A stretch of DNA of 64,000 bases from an uncultured Gemmatimonadales bacterium. Lineage in GTDB: Bacteria; Gemmatimonadota; Gemmatimonadetes; Gemmatimonadales; GWC2-71-9. Each line of letters starts with the position of its first letter. The first letter of the stretch is position 1. Shown piece after piece: positions 10,584 through 21,165 of this stretch. A program made the translations under genes and the position numbers. The stretch covers positions 1,248,001 to 1,312,000 of the forward strand of contig CAVUAK010000001.1 in NCBI GenBank assembly GCA_963739455.1. The letters run 5' to 3'. The notes beneath the pieces were generated by a model. That model made no database searches, was not told the DNA's origin, and saw nothing but the letters and a program-made list of their open reading frames with translations.

Positions 10584-11066
10584 ATGCACTCGACTCCGCA
10601 CGCAATCCCAGACTCCCGCCTCATGTCCTACTCCCGCGGGGAGATCACGACGCTGGTCATGCCGAACATGCAGAACGTGCTCGGCGACCTCTTCGGCGGG
10701 AACCTGATGGCGCTGGTGGACCAGGCGGCCGCCGTGGCGGCGCTGCGGCATGCCGGCAGCCGCGCGGTGACGGCATCGATTGACCGGGTCGACTTCCGGG
10801 AGCGCATCCCGGTCGGGGCGCTGGTGACCTGCATCGGCACCGTGGACTACGTGGGCAACAGCTCGATGGACATCACGGTGGAGGTCTACTCGGAGCAGCC
10901 CGCCACGGGCGAACCGCGACGGAACACGCACACGGCGCACGTGGTATTCGTCGCCATCGATGATCACGGCAGGCCGACCCGGGTGCCCCGGCTCATCGCC
11001 ACGACCGACGAGGAGAAGGAACGGATGGAGCGCGCGCGGGTGCACCGGGAGAGCATCAAGCGGTGA
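10584..11066 (+). CDS. Acyl-CoA thioesterase (hotdog fold)
   Basis: NVLGDLFGG, VTASIDRVDF, VGNSSMDITVEV, FVAID. Confidence 0.9.
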   Translation: MHSTPHAIPDSRLMSYSRGEITTLVMPNMQNVLGDLFGGNLMALVDQAAAVAALRHAGSRAVTASIDRVDFRERIPVGALVTCIGTVDYVGNSSMDITVEVYSEQPATGEPRRNTHTAHVVFVAIDDHGRPTRVPRLIATTDEEKERMERARVHRESIKR

Positions 11067-11907
11067 GCGGCGTCATTCTCGTACTGAGCGGCGGAGGGGC
11101 CAAGGCAGCGGCCCACTGCGGCGCGGTGCGGGCGCTGCGCGAACGGGGCATCGAGCCGACGCGCTACGTGGCGACGTCGCTCGGCGCGGTGGTGGCGGCG
11201 GCACTCGCGTCGGGCGCCGAGCCGGATACTGTGGTGCGGGCGCTCATGAACGAGGCCCCCGCCGGCATACGTCCGCATCCACTGGCAGCGGTGGCGGGTA
11301 TCCACTTGGAGGGGCTGGTTCGTGCACGACCGTTCCGCGAGGCGATCGGGCGCATCATCACGGCACGGAGCTTCGCCGAGTTGAAGGTGCCGCTGACGGT
11401 AACGGCGGTGGACGTCGACAAGCTGGAACTGGTGACTCTTCGGGCACGGCGGCATCGACGCGCCGCTGCTCGACGTGCTGGCGGCGTCCTGCGCACTGCC
11501 GCCCTACTTCCCGGCGGTTCGACTCGGCGGCCGGATGCTCCGGGATGGCGGCCTGATGGGCCATGCTCCCCTGGCGGTGGTGGGAGATACCGGCGGGTTG
11601 CCGGTGATCGCCGTGGATGTGGGTCCCGGGTTCGACAACGGCCGCGAGCCGAAGCCGCCGGGTGGCCCGCCGCTGATTCGCGCGGTGGATGAATCGATCG
11701 GGATACTCATGGCGCAGGTGACGGAGGACCAGCTTGCGCGCTGGCGGCGACGAGCGGGGGCCCATCCTCTACGTGCGGCCGCGGGTCGAGCGAAACGCGA
11801 CGTTCAGCGCCGGTCGCGCGAGGGTGTATGCCGACGAGGGGTATCTTGCGATGCGCGAGGCACTCGGTGGTCTTGATTCCGTGGCCCGTCCCACCAGATT
11901 GCCGTGA
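11063..11907 (+). CDS. Patatin-like phospholipase (indels near 11440 and 11755)
   Basis: LSGGGAK, ATSLG, ASCALP, DGG motifs. Confidence 0.8.
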
Positions 11908-11943
11908 TCCGGCCGACCAGCCTCCATCTCACCCGGACAGTCG

Positions 11944-12351
11944 ATGCGTGCTTCTGAAGTGATGGTTGCAGACCCGATCGTGGCGGTGGCGGGCGCGATG
12001 GCGAGCGAGGTCGCCATCATGTTCCGCAGCCGAAATATTTCGGTGGTGCCGGTGGTCGACGACCACCGGACGCGCCGGTTCCTTGGCACGTTGAGCGACC
12101 GCGAGCTGGTGACGCGTTGCCTCGCCGAGGGAAAGCACCCGTGGCACACTCGCGCCGATGCGCTGATGCGCACCAATACGACGGTGGTGGGCCCGGAGCA
12201 TGAACTCGAGGGCATGGAGCTTCGCATGGACCTTGAGCCCAACGAATCGCACCTTCGCCCGACCATCACGGTCGTCGACGCGGAGCGCCGCGTCGTCGGC
12301 TTCATCAGTCACCCTGAGCAGGTGCCGGGCATCCGCGTGGTGTGGGGCTGA
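11944..12351 (+). CDS. CBS-domain protein
   Basis: EVM..., VVPVVDD...LGTLSDRE pattern. Confidence 0.8.
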   Translation: MRASEVMVADPIVAVAGAMASEVAIMFRSRNISVVPVVDDHRTRRFLGTLSDRELVTRCLAEGKHPWHTRADALMRTNTTVVGPEHELEGMELRMDLEPNESHLRPTITVVDAERRVVGFISHPEQVPGIRVVWG

Positions 12352-12778
12352 TGGCCGAGCCGCGGCTGTTCACGCGGGACGAGGCGGAGCGCACGCTGCC
12401 GCTGGTGCGTCGCATCGTCGCCGACCTGATGGGCGGAGCACCCGGCGTGGCGCCGGGCGATCTCGCACTATGAACTGCTGGCGGCGGGCGCGGTGGCGGA
12501 CGATGGCGAGTCGCCGGAGGTGGCGGCGGCCCGGGTGGCGGCGGAGCAGCTCGCGGCCCGCATCGACACGCTACCTGCGCGAGATCGAGCAGATCGGCTG
12601 CATGTTCCAGGGGTTCGAGGAAGGGCTGGTGGACTTCCGGTCGATGCGGGACGACAGGATGGTGCTGCTCTGCTGGCGCTACGGGGAGCAGCGCATCACG
12701 CACTGGCACGAGGTGGGGGCCGGGTTCGCCGGGCGCAAGCCGATCGATGATGCCCTGCTGAGCGAGATCAGCACGTGA
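12351..12778 (+). CDS. DUF2203-family protein (frameshifted)
   Basis: FTRDEAERTLPLV N-terminus; GLVDF...LCWRYGE...HWHE..GFAGRKPI C-terminus. Confidence 0.8.
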
Positions 12779-13230
12779 GCCTCTGGCTCTTCCTGCACCT
12801 GCTAGGCGTGGCGTGGTGGATGGGTGGTGGGTTCTCGTCGCTGGTGGTGTCCATTGCAGCCAGGACGGAGGCGCGACCCGCGCTGGCGACGGTGATGCGG
12901 ATCCAGTGGGCCATCGCGCGGTATCTCGTGTTCCCGGGATCGCTGCTTACCGTGGTATCGGGGTTGTTCCTCACCATGCGGCTCATCAACACGCCAAGCA
13001 TGGGGAGCGGGTGGCTGGTGGCGATGCAGGGGCTGGGCATGGTGGGCGCGCTCATCGCGCTGACGATGCTGGTGCCCAACGCCGCCAAGCTGTCACGGCT
13101 GGACCCGAGCGGCGAGCATGCGGCGTACTTCGACCGGCTGCGCAAGCGGCAGTGGTATACCGGGGAAGTCGCGGCGCTGCTAGGCCTGGGCGCGCTGCTT
13201 TCGGCCGCGATCTACCGATACGGAGGCTGA
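12775..13230 (+). CDS. Four-TM membrane protein (DUF2269-like)
   Basis: LFLHLLG...GG start, four hydrophobic segments; stop/start overlap with upstream gene. Confidence 0.6.
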   Translation: MSLWLFLHLLGVAWWMGGGFSSLVVSIAARTEARPALATVMRIQWAIARYLVFPGSLLTVVSGLFLTMRLINTPSMGSGWLVAMQGLGMVGALIALTMLVPNAAKLSRLDPSGEHAAYFDRLRKRQWYTGEVAALLGLGALLSAAIYRYGG

Positions 13231-13899
13231 CCTCCGGCCGGTCTTGCAAGCGCCCCGCACCGGGCAGACGTCGCATCGCGCCACCCTCGCCGTACAGACC
13301 AACGCTCCCAGCTCCATGATCGCCTGATTGAACGACCACGCGTCGCGGCCGCGGCGGGGAATGAGCCACTCCGCCGTACTCCAGATGCGCGCCTCTCCAC
13401 TTGCCGTACGCGCGGCGCGGGGATGGAAGGCGCGCCGGATGACGCGCGAGACGTTGGTGTCCACCGCCGGTTCGCGGCGCTCGAAGGCGAAACAGGCGAT
13501 CGCGCCGGCGGTATACCTTCCGACGCCGGGCAGCTCGCGGAGCTGGGCGGGATCATCGGGGAAGCGGCCGTCCCGGGTGTCGACGACCTGGCGGGCCAGT
13601 GCGTGCAGGTTGTGCGCGCGCCGGTAGTAGCCGAGTCCTTCCCAGGCCTCGCGGACAGCGGAGGGCGGGGCATCGGCCAGGTGATGCACGGTGGGGAACC
13701 GAGCCAGGAAGTCGTGGTAGAAGCCCTCGACCCGGCCCACCTGCGTCTGCTGCAGCATGAACTCGGAGACGGCCACGCGGTAGGGATCACGGGTGCGCCG
13801 CCAGGGCAGGTCGCGCCCATGACGGCGAAACCAGCGCAATAGCCGGCGGCGGAACTCGCGGGCATCGTCGGCAACCCTTGGCCTAGACTTATCGGGCAT
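13180..13899 (-). CDS. mutY: A/G-specific adenine glycosylase, short form (HhH-GPD + Fe-S)
   Basis: RDLPWR, VSEFMLQQT, WEGLGYYRRA, LPGVGRYTA, VDTNV, C-x6-C-x2-C-x5-C. Confidence 0.88.
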   Translation of the reverse strand: MPDKSRPRVADDAREFRRRLLRWFRRHGRDLPWRRTRDPYRVAVSEFMLQQTQVGRVEGFYHDFLARFPTVHHLADAPPSAVREAWEGLGYYRRAHNLHALARQVVDTRDGRFPDDPAQLRELPGVGRYTAGAIACFAFERREPAVDTNVSRVIRRAFHPRAARTASGEARIWSTAEWLIPRRGRDAWSFNQAIMELGALVCTARVARCDVCPVRGACKTGRRSASVSVDRGRKQRAQA

Positions 13900-13921
13900 C
13901 GGCGGACAAGATACCTCACGA

Positions 13922-14744
13922 ATGACAGCCGCAGCGATGGACCTCAAGCACCAGAACGGCACCTTCCTCACCAGGATCGCGGCGCGGGTGGGCCGCTTCG
14001 TCATTGAGATCGTGGCGCAGATCGGCCGGTTCTGTCTCTTCCTGCTGGAGACGTCCCGGGGTCTCGCCGAGGTGCGGATCTGGTTTCCCCGCTTCCTCAT
14101 CGAGGCATGGAACATCGGGGTCGGCAGCTTCGCGCTGGTGCTGCTCATTGCCGGCTTCGCCGGTGCGGTGACGGCGCTGCAGACCGGCTACCAGTTCAGC
14201 GCCAGCATCCCGTACTACGTGGTGGGCACGCTGGTGGTCTCGTCGATCATCCTGGAGCTGGGTCCGGTGCTGACAGCGCTGGTGCTGGCCGGCCGCATCG
14301 GTGCGCGCTACGCCGCCGAGCTGGGCACGATGCGTGTCACGGAGCAGATCGACGCGCTGGAGAGCCTGGGGCGGGCGCCGTCATCGCACCTCATCGTGCC
14401 GCGGGTGCTGGCGGCGCTGATCATGATCCCGGCGCTGACGGTGTTCGCGAACGCGAGCGGCATCCTGGTGGGGTGGTGGGCGGTGAAGCAGGTGCTGCCG
14501 GTGACCAACATGGACTTCACCTACGGTGCGCAGGTGTACTTCCGTCCGTGGGACGCGTGGTACTCCCTGATCAAGTCGTTCTTCTTCGGGGCCACCATCG
14601 GCGCTGATCTCCTGCTACAAGGGCATGAACATCCAGCAGGGCGCGGAAGGCGTCGGCAAGGGCACGACCGGCGCGGTGGTGACCAGCACCGTCATCGTGC
14701 TGATGCTCGACTCCCTGCTGACCAAGCTGCTGCTCAATACGTGA
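13922..14744 (+). CDS. mlaE: MlaE-family ABC permease (indel near 14600)
   Basis: ELGPVLTALVLAGRIG, AELGTMRVTEQIDALE; GAEGVGKGTT C-terminus in the shifted frame. Confidence 0.85.
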
Positions 14745-15496
14745 TCGAACTCCGCGGCGTCAAGAAGCGCTTCGGCGCGCAGATCATCCTGGACGGCGTC
14801 GACTTCGACGTTCGCGAGGGCGAGACGGTGGCCCTGCTGGGCCCCTCGGGTACCGGCAAGAGCGTGTTGCTCAAGACGATCATCGGGCTCATCAAGCCCG
14901 ATTTCGGCCAGGTCATCGTCGACGGCAAGGATGTGCCGACGCTCAAGCGGGACGCACTGTCGGAACTGCGCAAGACGATCGGGTACGTCTTCCAGAACGG
15001 CGCGCTCTTCGACTCCATGAACGTGTTCGAGAACGTCCGCCTCGGCATCGTGGACGAGGCGAAGTTCAAGGATGAGAAGTATGCGATGGAGCGGGTCACC
15101 CAGTGCATCAAGCTGGTGAACCTGCAGCCCGACGTGGTCATGGAGAAGTTCCCGGCGCAGCTGTCGGGAGGCATGCGCAAGCGGGTGGGGATTGCGCGGG
15201 CGATCGCGGGCCAGCCCAAGTACCTGCTGTATGACGAGCCCACGTCGGGGCTCGACCCGGTGAACTCGGACATCATCGATGCGCTGGTGCAGCGACTCGA
15301 CCAGGAGCTCGGCGTCACCAGTGTCATGGTGACGCACGACGTGCGGGGCGCGTTCCGCGTCGCCAACCGGCTGGCGCTCCTGAGCGAGGGCAAGGTGGTC
15401 ATGCAGGGCACGCCGCAGGAGTTCCTCGCCTCGGATCATCCCAAGGTGAAGGCGTTCCTCGAGCGCGACTTCGACAACACTCAATTCGCCGCCTGA
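14741..15496 (+). CDS. mlaF: MlaF-family ABC ATPase
   Basis: GPSGTGKS, LSGGMRKRV, YDEPTSGLDP; GTG start overlaps the mlaE stop. Confidence 0.9.
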   Translation: MIELRGVKKRFGAQIILDGVDFDVREGETVALLGPSGTGKSVLLKTIIGLIKPDFGQVIVDGKDVPTLKRDALSELRKTIGYVFQNGALFDSMNVFENVRLGIVDEAKFKDEKYAMERVTQCIKLVNLQPDVVMEKFPAQLSGGMRKRVGIARAIAGQPKYLLYDEPTSGLDPVNSDIIDALVQRLDQELGVTSVMVTHDVRGAFRVANRLALLSEGKVVMQGTPQEFLASDHPKVKAFLERDFDNTQFAA

Positions 15497-15501
15497 GGCC
15501 C

Positions 15502-16413
15502 ATGGACTCGCGATTCGGCAGGGAAGTGGTGGTCGGCAGCATCGTACTCGCTGCGGCGGCGCTGTTCACCATCGGCACGTTCTGGCTCCGGGGGAAGTCG
15601 ATCGGGCCGAAGGACGACCAGGTCATCATCCAGTTCCCCGACGCCGGTGAACTGCAGCAGGCATCGCAGGTGCGGGTGTCGGGGGTGCCGTCGGGGAAGG
15701 TGGAGGACATCAAGCTGATCGCGCCGGGCAAGGTGCACGTCACCATCTCGCTCAGCAACAAGGCCATTGTCCCCAAGATCGATGCCAAGGCGGTGATCGT
15801 CTCGGTGGGGCTCGCCGGCGACGTCACGCTGATGTTCATCCCGGGCGACTCACCCACGGTGCTGCCCAAGGGGCAGGTGGTGATGGGCATCTCGCCGCCG
15901 GGGTTGATGCAGATCGCGGGCGGGCTCTCCGACCGGGCCGACAGCGTGCTGATCAACGCGAATGGCCTGGTGGGCCCGGCGATGCAGCAACGGCTGGCGA
16001 CGACGCTGGAGGAGGCGACGAAGGCGCTGCAGGGATCGCAGCGGCTCATGGCGACCCTCAACGACCCGAAGCACGGTGCCAACGCCGAACTGGCGCTCAC
16101 CATGCAGGCACTGCGCGGAACGCTGGCGAAGCTGGACTCGACGCTCGCGGCACCGGCCGTCGTGCGCGCGCGGGACAAGGCGGACACCCTGGTGACCAAC
16201 CTGAACGCGATGTCGGCGCAGTTCACCGCCACCGGTGCCCGGCTCGACTCGGTGCTGATGCTGGTGCAGACGGGCAAGGGAACTCTGGGGAAGTTCGCGA
16301 CCGATTCGGCGCTCTACGGGAACATGGTGCGGCTGACGGCGTCGCTCGACTCGCTGGTGAACGACATCAAGCAGCATCCGGGGAAGATCGGGATTACGGT
16401 GAAGATGTTCTAG
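15502..16413 (+). CDS. mlaD: MlaD/MCE-family protein
   Basis: N-terminal TM, VRVSGVPSGKV MCE motif, helical tail, GKGTLGK. Confidence 0.85.
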   Translation: MDSRFGREVVVGSIVLAAAALFTIGTFWLRGKSIGPKDDQVIIQFPDAGELQQASQVRVSGVPSGKVEDIKLIAPGKVHVTISLSNKAIVPKIDAKAVIVSVGLAGDVTLMFIPGDSPTVLPKGQVVMGISPPGLMQIAGGLSDRADSVLINANGLVGPAMQQRLATTLEEATKALQGSQRLMATLNDPKHGANAELALTMQALRGTLAKLDSTLAAPAVVRARDKADTLVTNLNAMSAQFTATGARLDSVLMLVQTGKGTLGKFATDSALYGNMVRLTASLDSLVNDIKQHPGKIGITVKMF

Positions 16414-16415
16414 GG

Positions 16416-16498
16416 GACGTGAAGACGTGAAGACGTGAAGACGTGAGGTCGTTCCGTCCGGCTTCCAGTCCACATCACGTCCTCACGTCATCACGTCC
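16416..16498. repeat. GACGTGA(A) tandem array followed by complementary TCACGTC units, between convergent genes
   Basis: gacgtgaa x3 + gacgtga, then tcacgtc x3; can fold as a hairpin. Confidence 0.75.
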
Positions 16499-17144
16499 GT
16501 TTCTTCCCGATCCCGACTCCCAGTAGAAAGTGGACGGCATAGTTGGGAACATCTGCATCGCCATTGGCGACGTTGACGCGGGCCCACCCGATGGATCCCC
16601 TCACATCAGCCGACACAAAGAAGACGCCGACGACGCGGAAGCGGCGGTTGACGCCGAGCTGCACCTGGGCGCCGTCGACGTAGTAGCCGCTCCCGAAGAT
16701 GCCGCCCGCGTGGTCCTTGAACTCGCCGCGGACGATCGACGTCGGGTTGGTGATGACCGGGCCGGCACCGGCGAGGAAGCTCCAGTGTCCGGTGCGGTAG
16801 CCGGCGCCAAGGGAGAAGAGGTTGTAGCCGTAGGTGACCTCGAACTTCTCCACCTCGGGCGGGTTGTTGGTGAGGTAGAGCTTGTGATGCAGGTCGTCGA
16901 AGAAGACTCCCCACCGGCTGAACCAGCGGGAGACGCGGAAGCCGTAGTAGGGCGCGCTCGAGCTCTTGATCGGCTTGGTGGCGTAGTGCGCGGTGAAGCT
17001 GATGTCCGGCTGTCCGGCCTGGCGGATGGTCAGGTTGCTGGGCGCACTGACGGCAGTGCCCAGGAACGCCTCGACGGCCCACTGGGCCTGGAGGGTCGTG
17101 GGCAGCACCAGCAACAGCGTCAGCGCGAGTATCTTCCCCGCCAT
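16491..17144 (-). CDS. Hypothetical exported, probably outer-membrane beta-barrel, protein
   Basis: Signal peptide ending in AQ, aromatic-rich amphipathic strands, host-like codon usage. Confidence 0.65.
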   Translation of the reverse strand: MAGKILALTLLLVLPTTLQAQWAVEAFLGTAVSAPSNLTIRQAGQPDISFTAHYATKPIKSSSAPYYGFRVSRWFSRWGVFFDDLHHKLYLTNNPPEVEKFEVTYGYNLFSLGAGYRTGHWSFLAGAGPVITNPTSIVRGEFKDHAGGIFGSGYYVDGAQVQLGVNRRFRVVGVFFVSADVRGSIGWARVNVANGDADVPNYAVHFLLGVGIGKKRT

Positions 17145-18111
17145 GCTGTCAGTCACCTTTCTTGGAACGGGCGCTGCCTGTCCAACCGTTGATCGCAACG
17201 TCACCAGTCTCGCGGTGCAGCGGGACGGGGAGATGTTCCTGTTCGACTGCGGCGAGGGCACCCAGCGGCAGATGATGCGCTACGGGGTGGGGTTTTCCTT
17301 CCGCGACATTTTCTTCTCCCACTATCACAGTGACCATATCCTGGGCGTAACCGGGCTGATCCGCACGATGGGCCTGCTCGATCGTACGGCGCCGGTGGTG
17401 CTGTATGGCCCCCGTGGGGCACAGCGGATACTCGGCGGCATGCTCACCGTCGGGATCGAGAAGGCGCGCTTCCCGGTGGAGATCGTCGAGGTGAAGCCGG
17501 GCGACTGCCTGTCCCGGAATGGCTACGAACTGCAGGTCTTCGCGACCGAGCACCGCGCCGACACCGTGGGCTACGCGCTCAAGGAGCATATCCGCCTGGG
17601 CCGCTTCAATCCCGACAAGGCCCGCGAAATGGGCGTGCCGGAGGGGCCGCTCTGGGGCAAGCTCCACAAGGGCGAGACGGTAGTACTCCCAGATGGACGT
17701 CGCCTGGGCCCGGAAGATCTCGTGGGCCAGTCGCGGCCCGGTCGCACGCTGGTGTTCTCCGGCGATACTCGGCCCACGACCTCGCTCATGGAGGCGGCGC
17801 GCGGCGCCGACCTGCTGATCCACGAGGCGACGTTCGGCCACGAGGAGGCCGACCGGGCGGTGGAGACGGGTCACTCGACGGCAAGGGAAGCGGCAACTAT
17901 CGCCCGGGATGCAGGGGTGAGGCAACTGGTGATGACGCACATCAGCGCGCGCTACAACCGGGATGCGCCGGAGCTGCTGGCGGAGGCGCGGGCAATCTTT
18001 CCTGAGACGGCGGTGGCGAGGGATGGCCTTACGGTTGACGTTCCGTATCCGGAACAGCGTGAGGAGGAACGGCAACGGCGTGAGGAGGAACAGCAACAGC
18101 GTGAACGGTGA
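17143..18111 (+). CDS. rnz: Ribonuclease Z
   Basis: FLGTG, DCGEGTQRQ, SHYHSDH, GVPEGP exosite, SGDT, HEATF, GHST, THISARY. Confidence 0.95.
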   Translation: MLSVTFLGTGAACPTVDRNVTSLAVQRDGEMFLFDCGEGTQRQMMRYGVGFSFRDIFFSHYHSDHILGVTGLIRTMGLLDRTAPVVLYGPRGAQRILGGMLTVGIEKARFPVEIVEVKPGDCLSRNGYELQVFATEHRADTVGYALKEHIRLGRFNPDKAREMGVPEGPLWGKLHKGETVVLPDGRRLGPEDLVGQSRPGRTLVFSGDTRPTTSLMEAARGADLLIHEATFGHEEADRAVETGHSTAREAATIARDAGVRQLVMTHISARYNRDAPELLAEARAIFPETAVARDGLTVDVPYPEQREEERQRREEEQQQRER

Positions 18112-18135
18112 ACGATCAACGGTGAACGGGGGTTC

Positions 18136-18732
18136 ATGATGCTGTCACGCACACTGCTCCTCATCGTGGTGGCGGTACTGGTGTGGTCCGGCATTCATCC
18201 GGCGGACCGGTTCACCTGGTGGCTCGAGGTGGCGCCGGTGCTGATCGGGCTCCCGATCGTGATCCTCACCAACAGGCGTTTCCCGCTGACACCACTGCTG
18301 CAGGTGCTCCTCGCAATTCACGCGTGCATCCTGATGGTTGGCGGGCGGTATACCTACGCCGAGGTGCCGCTCGGCTTCTGGTTCCGCGATGCACTCGGCC
18401 TGGCTCGGAACCACTATGACCGGCTCGGTCACTTCGCCCAGGGATTCGTGCCGGCGATCCTGGCGCGCGAGATCCTGTGGCGGACGTCGCCGCTCAAGGG
18501 GAGCAAGTGGTTGCCGTTCATGGTGATCTCGATCTGCCTGGCGTTCAGTGCCACGTATGAGCTGATCGAGTGGTTCACGGCGGAGATGACGGGGAGCGGG
18601 GCGACGGCGTTCCTGGGAACGCAGGGTGATGTGTGGGATACGCAGTGGGACATGTTCATGGCGCTCATTGGGGCGGTGACATCGCTGCTGCTCCTTTCGC
18701 GACTGCACACGCGGCAACTCGAAAATCTCTAG
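18136..18732 (+). CDS. DUF2238 (YjdF-like) membrane protein
   Basis: TWWLE, YTYAEVPLG, RNHYDRLGHFAQG, FLGTQGDVWDTQWDM. Confidence 0.9.
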   Translation: MMLSRTLLLIVVAVLVWSGIHPADRFTWWLEVAPVLIGLPIVILTNRRFPLTPLLQVLLAIHACILMVGGRYTYAEVPLGFWFRDALGLARNHYDRLGHFAQGFVPAILAREILWRTSPLKGSKWLPFMVISICLAFSATYELIEWFTAEMTGSGATAFLGTQGDVWDTQWDMFMALIGAVTSLLLLSRLHTRQLENL

Positions 18733-18843
18733 TCATTTCGAGGCCGCGTAGCGGCCGAAGCAATCCGGATGCATCGGCACGGAGCCCCGCGCGAAGGCGC
18801 CGGGATTGCTTCGTCGTCGGCTTCGCCGCCTCCTCGCAATGAC
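18732..18843. repeat. Palindromic intergenic element (GTCATT.CGAG...GCAATC...GATTGC...CTCGCAATGAC type, REP/RPE-like)
   Basis: Terminal inverted repeats plus internal GAAGCAATCC/GGATTGCTTC stem. Confidence 0.75.
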
Positions 18844-18858
18844 ACCTTGGCCTCAACG

Positions 18859-20321
18859 ATGACTCCCAGCACCGTCACCGCTCCGCTCGACGACTACCGC
18901 ATCCATGCCCCGCCCGACTCGAAGCCGCGGCATGGCGGCGAGTTCGTGCTGTACTGGATGCAGACCACCCAGCGGGCGCACGACAACTTCGCGCTCAACT
19001 TTGCCATCGAGCAGGCCGATGCGCTCGGCCTTCCGCTGCAGGTGTATCACGGCCTCCGGCACGACTATCCCTGGGCCAGCGATCGCTTCCACACGTGGAT
19101 CCTGGAGGGTGTAGTCGATCTCTACGCCGGCTTCGCCGCGCGCGGGATCAACTACGCGTTCTGGCTGGACGAGGGGACGGAGAGCTTACGCAGTGGCCGG
19201 CTGGAAACGGAAAGCGGGAAGACGGACGAGAGCGCAACGGGGACGCTGCCGCTCTCGCACACATCTCGCGGAGCTCGCCGACCGCGCCGCGCTGGTGGTC
19301 ACCGATTTCTTCCCGACCTTCATCGTGCCGCGGCAGATACGCGCGCTGCGTCGCGACGTGGCCACACCGGTCATCGCCGTCGATTCGGCGACGCTCGTGC
19401 CGATGGCGTACCACAAGAAGGAGCATGGCAACGCCCGCGGCATCCGGACGGTGCTGATGGATGCGCTGCCGCACTACCTGTGGCCGGTGGACAACCCGTC
19501 GCCCAGGGTGCAGCGCCCGATCGACCTGCCCTTCGACCCGGTCCGGCCCGACGCGCGAGACGATCGCGTCGCTGGTGGCGCGGTGTGACGTCGATCATGC
19601 CGTGGCGCCGTCACCGATGTTCCGCGGCGGCACGGTCGCGGGCCGGGCGCGGCTGCGCGACTTCCTTGCCACCGGGCTCAGGCACTACGCCGACCTGCGG
19701 AATGATCCCAACGAGCCCGATGCGGTGAGCCGGCTCTCGCCGTACCTGCACTTCGGCAACCTCTCCATCCACGAGATCCTGCTCGCGGCGCAGGCCGCCG
19801 GTCCCGCCGACCAGTACGCCAAGTTCCTCGATGAGGCGCTGACCTGGCGCGAGGTGTCGCACAACTTCTGCTACTTCAACCCGAAGCACCGCACGCCCGA
19901 GGGGATGCCGGGCTGGGCGCGGGAGCAGCTGCGGGAGCACGAGTCCGACCCTCGCCCGGAACTCTACAGCGATGAGGATCTCGAGTTCGCGCGCACGGGC
20001 GACGAGCTCTGGAATGCGGCACAGCGCTCGTACCTGCGCGATGGGTGGATGCACAACTACATGCGGATGCTCTGGGGGAAGGCGGTGCTGCAGTGGACCC
20101 CGAACGCCGGTGAGTGCCTGCGGGTGCTCGAGCACCTGAACAACAAGTACTCGCTCGATGGCCGGGACCCGAACAGCTACGGCGGGATCATGTGGACGTT
20201 CGGGAAGTTCGACCGGCCGTTCTACCGGCGCGCCATCTACGGCACAGTGCGCTACCAGTCACTCAAGGCAGCGCGGGACAAGTTCGACGTGCCGCGATAC
20301 ATCGCGTCGTTCAGTCGATAG
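18859..20321 (+). CDS. phr: Deoxyribodipyrimidine photolyase, class II-like (indels near 19260 and 19550)
   Basis: VLYWM..QRAHDNFAL, SRLSPYLHFG, HNYMRMLWGK, LNNKYSLDGRDPNSY. Confidence 0.85.
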
Positions 20322-20804
20322 CGCCGACCACGGTCCATCCGCCGCTGCCTGGCGCGGTAATCGTGAGGGTTCCGCCGGTGATCTCCCCGCTGCCGAAGAT
20401 GTCGTCGAAGTCCCCGGTGCCCCCGTTGTAGCTGCTCGGTGCCGACGAAGTTGAAGGTGGTGGGGTTCACCTGGGTGCCGGTGCCGGTGATCGCACCCAC
20501 CATGATGTCAGTCTGGCTCGTGGAGTAGAACGAATCCCCGGTGATGACGAGGGTGTTGTTGGTGGTGTTGGAGGTGACGACGTAGTCGATCACCGCGCCC
20601 ACCTCACCGATCTCGGAGCCCATGTTGCAGTTGGCCACGCACCTCGAACCGCACCACGGTGGCGGGGTCGGTGTCGAGCGTGACGTTGGTGACCTCAATG
20701 ACGTCGCAGCTGCCCGAGAAGGTGAAGGGGCCGTTGAGGTCGTCGTTGGAGCAACTGGCCAGCACGGTGACAGACGAAAGCACGAGCAGCGCGGCCCGGT
20801 TCAT
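20311..20804 (-). CDS. Hypothetical lipoprotein (frameshifted)
   Basis: Lipobox VLASC; Thr/Gly-rich sequence continues across two indels to GWTVVGAID-stop. Confidence 0.55.
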
Positions 20805-20910
20805 TGGGTCACTCCAAACTGTGGGGAACTGGCTCAAGATCAGGGAATGACGGAATTTAACCTCGATTTGACGGGGCAGGCGGGGTCCCATATCTTTGCG
20901 GCCCTGTCAC

Positions 20911-20983
20911 GGGGCTGTAGCTCAGCTGGGAGAGCGCTGCATTCGCATTGCAGAGGTCACGGGTTCGATCCCCGTCAGCTCCA
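20911..20983 (+). tRNA. tRNA-Ala(CGC), CCA not encoded
   Basis: GGGGCTG/CAGCTCC acceptor stem with G3-U70; CTGCA-TTCGCAT-TGCAG anticodon arm; GGTTCGATCC T-loop. Confidence 0.97.
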
Positions 20984-21017
20984 TCGAGTGAAGTTGTTTG
21001 ACCAAGCGAAGTTGCTC

Positions 21018-21053
21018 CAAGACCGCGGGCGCCGACACTGGCCCGCGGTCTTT
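21018..21053 (+). terminator. Intrinsic terminator-like hairpin after tRNA-Ala
   Basis: AAGACCGCGGGC...GCCCGCGGTCTTT. Confidence 0.7.
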
Positions 21054-21165
21054 GCTTGCCGGCAGGCGTGCCGTTCTTACCGGGCGGCTGTCGCCGCTGT
21101 AGGTTATCCGCGCTGAGCATTTCAGGTGGACGTCCGCTGCCGTCACCTCTCACCGGAGAATGATC

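Noticed and set aside
13922..15496. Apparent MlaE-MlaF fusion (524-aa ORF)
   Set aside because: An indel near 14600 joins the frames; the true MlaE C-terminus and a GTGA stop/start overlap are visible at 14741-14744.
20911..21160. Integration site at tRNA-Ala
   Set aside because: I found no duplicate of its 3' end and no integrase in the window.
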